Assembly (NCBI GenBank): GCA_008632985.1
Contig: QPGO01000087.1
Span: 1-64,000, forward strand
Source: Psammoneis japonica
Taxonomy: Eukaryota
Direction of reading: 5' to 3'
Length of the DNA: 64,000 nucleotides
The notes under the pieces were generated by a model, which was given only the letters and a program-made list of their open reading frames with translations, did not search any database and had not been told where the DNA came from. The position numbers and the translations under genes are program-made. This document shows positions 36,468-47,544 of this stretch, in pieces; within the stretch, counting starts at the first letter, position 1, and each line of letters opens with the position of its first letter.

Positions 36468-37695
36468 ATGATGTCTCCACTCACTTCTCGCCTTCTTGGA
36501 AGGCAATCGAGCAGCTGTAGTAGCGCATCGAGTACCAGCAGCAGTAGCAGCAACGACTCCAGCAGCGATCAGGGGAACAACAGCAGCAACACCAAGAGTG
36601 TCAGCGGCTACTCTGCAGACATGGAGAGCCTCACTTCTTCCAATCCTCCTGTACTGCAGATCAGCTCTTGTGTGAGACACAAGCGACGTGCCACTACGGA
36701 AGAAGAGCAGGCGAAACGAAGAAAGATGAACGAAGAGCAGTTTGTTGCGGCAACCGCTCGGGCTGAGCTCGAAAAGTCGACTCTCCCTACTCCAGCCCTC
36801 AGACTAGGAAAATACTCTCGAGTTGTTCCGATGGGACGTGTCGACATGTCTAACGTCAAGTTGATCCCTTCCAAGAAAGTCGAAGCTTCGCCCTTTTTGG
36901 CTCCGCCCTCTCATATTCGTCTTTACGACATTGGCGAGTCCTACAAGGACCTTGTGATATCATGCTCCCATTACTACAAGGGCAAATACTCGAGACATCA
37001 AGAGGATGAAAAGAAGATTTCCTATGAATCATCTGGTGATGAGTCGAGCTCCTCTCTAAGTGAGGACGGAGACAGCGACGATTGTCGCACGTCACCGCCT
37101 CTTGTCCTGAATGCTCGGCTTGACGACGCAATTGGGGGAAGAACCAAGGCCATGAAACCGAAATCGCCCGCTTGCCACCTCATCTCCAGTGCTGGGTCCA
37201 TGTCCTTGGAACAAGCTTTGGATCCGAAACCGCATCCAAGGTGAGATACATTTTCTCTCGACACCATCCGACTTGTGAATTGATTGAAACAGTTTCTCAC
37301 TGCATGCTATTCCTTTCTTTCACTCTCAGATTGGTTACAAGCTCTGCCGCTCCCTTTACTGTGGTGCACTGCAACGCTGCCTACTCTCGCATGTCCGGCT
37401 TATCTTCAGGTTCCCTCCTTGGACAGCCACTCTTGGAGCTTTTTGCTTCCGTGGCATCGTCGGACAAGTTCTCTTTGGCATCCTGTGCCGCATCCTCCAA
37501 AGACATGGCTGTCGACATTCGGTGCCAAGAGGATTGTAGAAAGTGTGCCATGAAGGTGTCACCCATTAGCGCCGAGTCAATAACGTGACGCACTTTGTCA
37601 TTGACTTGACGGTGGATAGTGAAGACGCGCTTGACGAAAACATAAGCAACAGCATCATTCACGCCGAGCCGGCGCAGGTGCATGCGGTTGTGTAG
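36468..37695 (+). CDS. Ser-rich protein with C-terminal PAS-like domain (2 exons)
   Basis: Intron 37241-37329. RLVTSSAAPFTVVHCNAAYSRMSG..LLGQPL; VTHFVIDL follows a probable 1-nt indel near 37580. Confidence 0.7.
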
Positions 37696-37988
37696 GGTAA
37701 GAGAAGAGGGGAACTTGATCATTTATAGTATACTCAGTATATACTCTAGAACATATTTCTTTTAGCTTTAGTTTATCAATTCTTTTAGGTACTGTACAGT
37801 AATTATGGACGAGTAGTCCGAGTGTAACGTTTCAGAAAAAACAGATGGAGAGCGCCTCCTTACATCAAAGCAAAAGCTGGAACCTGCTTCAGTAAAAGCT
37901 CATAAATAACATGCATTCTATAGGATATTCACAAAATCAAAACCATGGCGGTCTTTTCTTTTTTTTTCTCTGCGCATTCCCTGCGCAT

Positions 37989-38860
37989 CTAAACATCCAA
38001 AACACGGCCCACACCGGGCACAACGATTCTCGCAATGTCTAGAAGACGACGAAGCGCCTTTTTGCTATCCACATCACCTCCAGAGCTGCCTTGTAATACC
38101 ACAGACACGCTTCCTCGTCACTTTGTGGCACTCCTCTGGCTTCTTCAAAGGCTTCAGCGACACTGAATTTCGCCGTGGTGTTTCCCGCATTCGCAGCCTT
38201 CATGTACCAATCCAACGCTTCTTCATCGGATTGCTCCCGACCACATCCCAATTCACAGACAAGTCCGTATTCTACCATGGCTTCGACGTGACCGCCTTCT
38301 GCAGCCTTGCGGAACCATTCTGCTGCAAGTGTCGGTTCCTGTTCCACGTCGTGTTCTCCGTATTCAAACATCAACGCCAGTTCGTGTGCCGCCTCCACGT
38401 CGCCACCTTGTTCGTGTGCCGCCTCGAGCCAACGAACGCCGACATCCTTGTCTTGTGCGACACCGTCTCCGTTCAAATAACAATTTGCGATTTTCTTCAT
38501 GGCAGGTGCAAAGGGTTCTTGCAATGGGATGCGTTCCAACTCGTCATTCAATCCAGCCAATTCTTGCAAGAGCTCAACGGCGCGAACCGGATTACGAGCC
38601 ATGCCGTGTGTGCCCTCCAACAAGGCTTGTGCCAAGTCCCATTTTGCCTCGTGTCCACCAAAGTCCATAGCGCCTTGTACAATGCTAGAGAGTGATGTTT
38701 GAACCGCAGACACTCGTGCCAGCTCACCCCAATCAGCATATTCAAACACTTGATGCAAGAGTTCGGCGGGGAGGTTCAACAGAGGCGACGATGATTCAGA
38801 ATTCGAAGTATTATCGAAATACAAGAGCGGAAGACTCGGATTCTTCGTATTGCTAGTCAT
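37989..38860 (-). CDS. F-box-like + Sel1-repeat protein
   Basis: LLNLPAELLHQVFEY plus repeated G.GV.QD/S...A..W..KAA..G motifs. A probable indel near 38078 extends the C-terminus from 38039 to 37989. Confidence 0.88.
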
Positions 38861-39381
38861 GATAGAGAAGTAGTTACAGTGTCAATGCAACGATCGGATG
38901 TTTGTGATGTGTATCGATCGATTGATGGTTCCTAGTGCCGTTTTGTGTTGCCGAGTGGCGAGAAAGTGCCGGTGGTCATTTTTTGTTCTTGTTTGCGTGG
39001 CGCGCGCCATCCGTGTTTCACGGCTCGCGTCATTCGATCCCCGTGACGGGAACGCTTTTTCATTGGCCACCAAGCGTCACCTTATGTGATGATGACGTAG
39101 AAATGATGACGAAGGAGTTATGACGGAATAGGGAATCTCAACCTTTCATTGGCGCAGATTTTTCCCTCCGACCTCGTCGCGTCCGTCACTTTTTTTGGTC
39201 GCAACAACACGACAACAACGAACAACAACCGAAGCAAGATATTTGTCAACAAACGCAACTATCTTTCTGATACATCAAAGGACGCTGTTGAATTTTTTTT
39301 CATTACATCATTGATTGCATCTTATCATTCAGTTTTTGCCATGTCACCCCGTCTGCTCCCGTCGCCTCTGAAAAACCAAAC

Positions 39382-40131
39382 ATGCCGCTCGCCACGACAC
39401 TCTTGTTGGACATGGACGGTGTCCTGGCCGAAGTGAGTCAATCGTATCGGGCTGCCATTATTGAAACGTGCAAACACTATGGCGCTACATCCATTACTCT
39501 TGATACCGTCGCAGAATGGAAGGCACGAGGCGGCTGCAACAATGATTGGGTGCTGAGTCTCGATTTGATCAACACGGATCCCAACGGCCAAAAGGGACTG
39601 ACACTCGACCAAGTGACGGAAACGTTTGAAGAATTCTATCAAGGCACTGCGGATCGACCGGGTCTTGCCGAATTGGAAACACTCATTTGTACCAAGGAAA
39701 CGCTACAAGAGCTCCGACGACGCGCCACGGGTGGCATGGCGGTGGTGACGGGTCGGCCACGAAAGGATTGTGACAAATTTCTAAAGCACCATCAAATCGA
39801 TGGTCTGTTTGATGTCTGTGTGTGCATGGAGGATGGACCGCCCAAACCGGATCCCTTTCCCGTCAAGAGAGCGTGTGAATTGTTGGGTGTGGAGCCCGGC
39901 AAGCAAGTCATCATGGTAGGAGATACGCCTGACGATATCAATGCGGCCGTGTCAATCAATTGTCAAGGTGTGGGAGTGGCAACCGTGGAGGGAGCACAAG
40001 AAGCGGCCAAGCTGGGCAAACCGAATGATTCGACGGCGTTGTGTGTCGCTATGAAAAATTGTGGAGCCAATGTGATTCTAGAACCGGGATTTGCTGCACT
40101 CGTAGACATGTTTGCACCCGTACCAAAATAA
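39382..40131 (+). CDS. HAD-superfamily hydrolase subfamily IA (resembles HisB-associated phosphatase domains)
   Basis: LLLDMDGVL, NNDW, VVTGRP, KPDP, MVGDTPDD. Confidence 0.85.
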   Translation: MPLATTLLLDMDGVLAEVSQSYRAAIIETCKHYGATSITLDTVAEWKARGGCNNDWVLSLDLINTDPNGQKGLTLDQVTETFEEFYQGTADRPGLAELETLICTKETLQELRRRATGGMAVVTGRPRKDCDKFLKHHQIDGLFDVCVCMEDGPPKPDPFPVKRACELLGVEPGKQVIMVGDTPDDINAAVSINCQGVGVATVEGAQEAAKLGKPNDSTALCVAMKNCGANVILEPGFAALVDMFAPVPK

Positions 40132-40634
40132 TAATGAATGACGGCGAAAGTGGCTATTATATAGATCGAGAACGAACATATATTCATCAACTCCTTTGTC
40201 ATCCACGTTGTTGCATCTTTTATTCGCAAGCTTGGCCTGCTTCTCGCCCAGTCGTTTGCGTTGACGTCGTAAGCTTATCTCAAACTTCTGCTGGTGGTTG
40301 CTGGCTACAGTACCTTGACGAATTCTCTGGCGATAAAGAAGTGTTTCGGAATTCTTTCATCTTGTAATATCACATTTGAGACAGAAAAAGTTACGAAGAA
40401 CGGCAGAGAAATGCCCTGGGTTGCGATTCAAGGGGATGTCACATCCAATGTGTTACGCGAAAGTCACCATTGAAAAAATGCTTCCGTTGTTCTTCACTGA
40501 CTAGCTAGAGGTCTAGAAGTTCTACTGAATTGTAAGCTCGCGCAAGCTGGCACATGGCTACCGCAGTGTACGACGTCAAGACATAGCGGAAACGCTCTCT
40601 GCTCTCTCTCTCGCTCTGTACTACACTACCTGTC

Positions 40635-42112
40635 TTAGGCAACATTAGCGCACAGAACCCAGAAAGTTCCTGCGCCATTACCTTCAGCTTTGAAAAGCCA
40701 TGCTCTACCACCAGTGGGACGAGATTCCACGATTTTTCGAGTATCCGCGAGGGTGAATCCACCGCTAATTGCAATCTTGTTACCTGGACAATTAAAGGTT
40801 TGAATTACGTCGCCCGGAAAATCAAAAGATCTTGTCTCAAGAGACACGCCACTAATTCCAGGAGGACCAGGTGGACCTACTAGACCTCGGGGGCCATCCA
40901 TTCCAGGAGGGCCTTGGGGACCTGCCAAAGGTGCAATGCGGTATAATTCTTTGCATGAGCGAAAACGTAAAGTGAAACTGCTGCATAGAAGCATGTGCAA
41001 CGACCAACTTACCTGCATTGCCTCGGCTGCCAATCGGACCTTAAAAAAATATAGAAAGATGCAACGTTATGTAAAGAATTGTGAGACCGACGCGATTTGG
41101 TGGTAGAGATATGAATATCGCAAGTTTGCCTTGTTTGAAAGATGTAACGACGAAGTCAACCTGTGTGCGTCACTACGCCGGTGCTGACCTACCTCTGGGA
41201 CCCTCGTTACCTTGAGGTCCTTGCGCTCCTCTGTCGCCTGTTGGAGCCCAACAGCAATACGAAAGTGAGGATCATCTGTACTTTCCCGAACAATCTCAAG
41301 CACAACGCGCGGGAAACAAAAAATTCCAAGGACTACGTTGTACCTACCTTTGTCACCCTTGTCGCCTTTATCTCCTTTTAGACCTGAGTAATGAAAAACC
41401 AACATGATTTTCTCGTTTGCAAGCTTGTCATCGCAAAATATTATATACAGATGTGCGACAGCTTTTGAACGACGTACCTTTGATTCCCTGCGGACCTCGA
41501 TCGCCTGGCATGCAAACGTGGGTGAGAATGAGAAAAACACAACTGTGTTATGAAAACGAAACGCAATGCCTTTCCACGCACCTTTTGGCCCTTGGATGCC
41601 CTGGCGACCTTTGACACCTGAAGATAAACGCATAATGAGGCAAGTGTGCAACAATGGGTTAGCCGTTTGTATTCGCACGTCGAACGAAATAAGGGAACTC
41701 CATGGCACACGCGCCCACTGATATAAACGTACCTTGGATACCCTGCTTGTTTACTTTAACAGAGTAAATTTTTGCCGGACCACCAAACATCAGGCATCCT
41801 GCCGAAGTTGTCGCGGCACCAACGGCTTTGTTGTCTTCCTTTTGAAGGCAAACGAAGAAAGGTTCTGGGGAACCAGGGATGCGTGGTGGTGGTGGGCTGG
41901 TGGGGCCAGACCCACTGGAGAGCCTGCGATCCAAGTTATCGCCACTCAAAAGACGAGCTTGTGCTCCTGATTCCCTTTGAAAATGCACGCCGACGAAAAG
42001 AAAACAGTGTTGGAAAGGATGAACGAGTTTTATTTGTAGTGTCAGATGGTCAACGACGCATTCATCACTTACCCTGATACACAAGGAAGGATAGAAGTAA
42101 TGCAAGTTTCAT
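40635..42112 (-). CDS. Secreted collagen-like (Gly-X-Y) protein, paralog 1, 8 exons
   Basis: Signal MKLALLLSFLVYQGAQA; micro-exons of 36, 27, 36, 45 and 27 nt encoding Gly-X-Y; C-terminal CPGNKIAISGGF...SRP...W...VLC domain. Confidence 0.8.
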
Positions 42113-42179
42113 GTTGCCCCTTTCTTGAAGAATCGCGTGCACAAACTAATGTCAAGATTGTCAGATTGTGTGTCCAAGG

Positions 42180-42600
42180 TGTGCCGGCACAAGACATTCT
42201 GAGATTGTTTGGAGGTCCAAGGTCGGTGATGCCACAGTTTTGTTTCCCTCTTTCCTCCAGTCTTGCATTTGTTAAGAAATGGTTCTAGGTGACTGCGACG
42301 TATTATAGAGTTCTCGATCGCGTTGCCAGATTGAGCATCTAAGACACAGTGCCGGCAAAAGAGATTGCGAGATTGTCACAGGAGGTCCAAGGTCGGTGAT
42401 GCGACAGTTTTGTTTCCCTCTTTCCTCCAGTCTTACATTGTTAAGTCCTTGGTGACTGCCACGTACAGTGCTCGATAGCATTACTAGCTCTAGCACAAGA
42501 GTTGGTGAGATTTTTTGAGGTCTAAGGTCGGTGATGCGACAGTTTTGTTTGCCTCTTTCTTCCAATCTTCCTTTATGTTAAATAATGATCCTTGGTGACG
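42180..42600. repeat. Three ~140-170-bp tandem units in the bidirectional intergenic region
   Basis: aggtc.aaggtcggtgatg..acagttttgttt..ctctttc.tcca.tctt at ~42213, ~42384 and ~42518. Confidence 0.8.
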
Positions 42601-42834
42601 TCAGAAAACTTTAAGTGTTCGTTGTGAGTCAGAATTTTGGTGGTGTATTTGGCAAGAAAGTACGACTGCGGACACGACAGCGCTCGATCTATGGTACCGG
42701 TATCGCATTGTCGCAGTTTTTATCTGTATACTTGTGTACCGTATGAACAAGAATTCTCAATAATTGTACCGTACCGTATCCTCACAGGTCTCACAATATT
42801 CACTAATTCGAAAAGTGACGGCACCGGCAGCAGC

Positions 42835-44383
42835 ATGAAACTTGCACTCTTTCTTCCCTTTCTTTCGTACGGTAAGACCCCGACTTTCGCAATGCTGCAA
42901 AGTTCCGCCTTGATGACGGCGATTCATTCCCACCAGAACGATTTCTCCTCATTGTCGTTTGCTTCATTTTTATCGCTGTGACTGTGTTGTTGGGACGCAG
43001 TAGGAGCACACGCTCGTCTTTTTAGTAAAGACGACTTGGATAGGAGGCTCTCTAGTTCCGGGTCTAGTTCCAAAATCTCCTCCCCACCAAGGATCATAGG
43101 CCCCCCTAAGCCCTTCTTTGTTTGCCTCCAAAACAAAGACAACGAAATTATTGGCGCCTCGACAACCTCGGCAGGATGCCTGATTTTTGGTGGCCCAGCT
43201 AAAATTTACTCCGTTGAAGTAAGCGCCCAAGGAATTCAAGGTGCGTTTGAAGAACACCCTTCAGAGCGCACATCTGGTTAAAGTGAGGTAGTGACGACTG
43301 CTCACATTCAGTATTTTGCTGCATGCTTGCATCATTTCGCTTTGTACAACAGGAATCAGAGGTCCCCGGGGTATTCAAGGGCCAAAAGGTATGTTCAAAT
43401 GAGGGTTTTGCCGTTTTCTGAGCCTGCGAAATCGACGGTTGATGCACGGAATTATTGTTTTCTCATATTCTTACCTGCCCAAAAATTCTCGCAGGCAATC
43501 AAGGTCAGCAAGGAATTCGAGGTACGTGAAGTTGCTGATGCACATCTACATTTAAGGTCGCAAATTTGCAAACATACATAATATTGGTCTTTCATGAGTC
43601 AGGGCTAAAAGGAGACAAAGGAGACAAGGGTGACAAAGGTAGGTAGCTTAGTCTTGGGATGAATCGCGTCTTCATCCCACTCTGTTCGGGGAAGTGACTT
43701 ACCATATCTTTCCTTTCTGCTTGTTGTTGTAAAAAAGGTGACACCGGAATCCAAGGTCCAAAAGGAAATACTGGTCCTAGAGGTAAGGTCAATATATCGT
43801 GTTGTTTAGTTCTACTCCGTTGAAGAAGCATCTTGATCTAACATTGTAATCCTGTCTCGATTCGCAGGTACGTGCACAACGCATGCTATCGCGATATTCA
43901 TATCCCATCACCAACAAAAAGCCTTCCTCACCATCCTGTAAAATGAAAATCTGGTTTTTCGAAAGGCCCTGCTGGCAGCACTGGTTCAAGGGGTGAGTCG
44001 GTCGTGGGGGTGTTTCGATTTTCTCTCAATTTCTCTTATCCAAGAAGCACTGTTATCGCATAACATATTTAATAGGCCTTCCAGGGCCTCCTGGTATGAA
44101 TGGTCGCCAAGGTACGCGAGGTTTGGCCGGTCCTGCGGGAAACAGTGGCCTTGTTAACGAGTTCACTCTTTTCACGGTCAATGAACCGGCCTCTAAACCT
44201 CGCAGGAGAGCCGAAGTCACATGTCTTGGGGGTTCTACGAAGAAACCAATTAGCGGAGGATTCACCCTACGACCTGGTCAGACAATCAGGGAATCCCGTC
44301 CCACTGGCGGCCGAGGATGGTTGTTCGACATAGAAGGTCGTGGGGTAGCCGAGGTGTATCTTCTCTGCGTTAATGCTGCATAG
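42835..44383 (+). CDS. Secreted collagen-like (Gly-X-Y) protein, paralog 2, 8 exons
   Basis: Exons 42835-42871, 43001-43240, 43353-43388, 43495-43521, 43603-43638, 43738-43782, 43966-43992 and 44076-44383; all introns GT-AG, phase 1. Confidence 0.82.
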
Positions 44384-44685
44384 GTAGAGAAGTGCCGATG
44401 TCCACTTCTTTTAACGTCCCACGTCGTTGAGGAGTTTCTGAAATTCAGTAGGAATATGTAACCCGATTTCTTCGTATAGTCCGTTATCTGGTGTGTATGG
44501 CGTACCAGTAGTCACTAATTTAACACCACATGCATGTGTCACGCTTGCGTCCAGATGTATCGACCGAACTGTTGTGGATTTTTCAGCCCAGGATTGATCG
44601 GCTTCTCTCCCACTCGTTGTGCCTTCCACGCCATCATTCAGAGCCGGAATATCTAGATTTGACATCGAATACGCAGGCCATTCCT

Positions 44686-46920
44686 TTAACTCCACGCCTC
44701 CACACTATATCGACCTGTTTGTTGCAGCTTTCTCAGCACAAGCTTGGCTTGATTCTCGCCCACTCGTTTCTCGATACATTCTCGTATCTCGTCCTTGACG
44801 GATTTCGCCATTTTGGCTCCTCCTGCGACATACATGGCTCCTCCACTCTCCAAGACGTGTTGGGCAATCAGCATTCCGTTATTGGCCTTGCCAATGACTT
44901 GTTGTACATAAATCTTGTGCCACTGATCCCGACTGAAGGCCGTCATGACCGTCAACTGACCCGCAAGGACGAGAGTCTCCCACTCGTCACGGTAATAGTA
45001 GTCGCAAGCTTCCTTTCGACAACCAAAGATAAGGATATTGTCGGCGAGTGACGAGTCGGCATCGTTAGATTGCTTCTTATCACCGTTGACTGTGCTGTTA
45101 CTTCTACCCTGATGAGACGCCTGTCTCAAGACTGCAACTCGCTCCAACAATAGAGAGCGCAGCGGCGCGATTCCCGTTCCTGCCCCGACACACAAGATCG
45201 GCGTTTCAAATCGAGTTTGCCCATCTGTAGAAACAGCGGTCTCTAGTGGAAGTTTTCCAAACGAGCCAGGGCGAATCCAAAGACGGAGCAGTCGGCCGCT
45301 GTCGGGTGTGTTGTTTGAAAGGAAATTGGAACAAAGGCCATGAAACGTTCTTCCAAGAGGAGTCGTGCCCCCAACGACAGCCACGCACAGTTCAATGTCA
45401 AAGCTGCTGTTATGTTTCAAATCGTCACCGGCAGTCAATGAGTGGTCCGCATCGGTGTACGACGGTGCACTCGCAATGCTGAAATCGCGTGGTCGAATCG
45501 CAGGCAAGAGGGACAGTAGCGCCTCCAACGTCAGTGCATGGTTACTGGCACTCGTGGAACCTTCCCACCGAATCGAATCAAAGTCATAAAGCACGTCGGA
45601 CCAGTTTCGCTTCTCACGCAAAATGTAGTCAGCAAAGAGTGCTGCGCCAGACGTTTCACTCAGAGAAACGAGTTTTTTTCGTTGGTCGCGACCCATTTCG
45701 TGCTCTTGTTGACAGTAGTATGCAAGCACACGCAAATCCTCTCGTTCGGGAAGTGAACCAATGTCGGCACAATACGTAAGCAAACCGCGGAGGGTGCAAC
45801 GACGAGGCCATGGATTCGAGCCGCTACCAATGGGTGTGATTTCCAATTCGTGGTCGGCGACAGCACGAATTGCCGAAGGCAGCACATTGAGCAGCGTTGA
45901 CACACCCTTGTCCGTGTTAAAGGGGAGAACGGTAGCAACGTCCCCGGCCTGATAAGGGAGCTCCAAATGTGATGATTCTGTTGACTCTGAATCATTTTGT
46001 TTCGTCTTGATGCGTATCTGCAAATGCCTTGTGTCTTGTTCCCAATCAGAAGCAGTGATTCTGTCATTTTTCAGTACTTTGGCTAACAATGGCGGGGATC
46101 GAGTTCTTCTTCCAACTTGTTCCAGTCGCGAACTTTTTGAATATTGATAAGCAGTCATAGGACACCATGTTTCAAAATAACTGTTGTACAGTGCATTGTA
46201 CGTATCTCGCTCCCATTCCTCTATGGAATCACAAGTGTTGTTATCCGTCTCATCCTTGAGTACGCAAACACTGTAACGAATCGGTGGACGCTCCAGTTCA
46301 AAAGTAGGAGATATGGGACTCTGCAAGCCATCAAATCGCTTGTCTATTGCCGGCAACAATGTTGTTTCTAACCAAACATCCAAATCATAAAACACACCGC
46401 CATTTGGTGTTCCATCATCGCCGAATCCAACCCCACAAAACGGACTGGCGCCCAGTTGTACCAACCGCGCCGCAAGCTTGCGTCCGCCTGCACAAAATAG
46501 TGGTCCGTACGCTCGATCCCCCAAACAAAACAGCGCAAAGCTTACGTTTGAAAATAGGTCGCGAGGCAGGGATTTGCTTCGTCTGTAAAAATATGAAGAG
46601 CGATGTGATTGAGATACGGTACCGAGAATTTCATCACGAATCTTCAACAACAAATCAACTACTACTCACAATGCTTTCCACGTTTCCGATATCGAATCAC
46701 ACTGCTCTCCATCGCCGGTGGTACTGACAAACAAAAACAAAACCTTCCTGTTGCTTTTTGGATGCATGAATTCCGCATCACAATCAAACTCGCATCCTTC
46801 TCCAAGGATATTGAGGCCCTTTTGAGACCGAAGGATTCTCGCCGTCCGACGAGCGCAAGCCTTGGCACGTCCGGTTTGCGTGGACCACAAAATCGAGCAT
46901 TGTGGAGTATTCTCAGTCAT
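44686..46920 (-). CDS. NDOR1: NADPH-dependent diflavin oxidoreductase 1 (Tah18/NR1-like)
   Basis: STQTGRA, STTGDGE, FCLGDRAY, RDFSIAS, GAGTGIAP, FGCR, KIYVQ, C-terminal EAWS; one intron ~46584-46669. Confidence 0.88.
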
Positions 46921-47544
46921 TTTTGCTCGGATTGCTAAAGTAAAGCAAAGTCTATTTTAAAAAGGTACAGTAGGCTCGTCGGTGGGCACAGTTCACCTTT
47001 CACAGCTTCATTCATCATTGCATTCACCTCATACGATGTTGCTCAAATCGCCTCTATCCGAAGACGTCGTCCGTGCTTCTTTGCTCAGCGCGTACTCGAT
47101 CGAATCAGAATCGATCGATCGATCGATTGATTGATCGCTCGCTCGTTCGCTTCCCTGTTTCTATGAAATATATATTTTGAATTTATGGATGACGCATTTA
47201 AGATTTCATATGTATCTGCTTATATATTTATTCAAAGTTTAACACAAATATATGTATTTTAAATATATACAAGTACATTTGTTATAAATAGCAAGTAACT
47301 TTTTTCGATGACGGACCTGCGATACATGAAAGTCTGCACAACCTACACAAATTCAATAATGTTAAGTAAATATACCCTTTGTGTATATAGATTAAATAAA
47401 ATTAGTCACGTCACATCGGGTGGGATTTCAAACCCAGAGAAAAACCAAAAATTTTGAGCCGGCTGAAAAGCAGGTTTGCATTTTGCATTGTTTATATTCT
47501 GCTGAGTTGTCACGTGTAGTTCTCACTTTCTGCACGATCTGCCA

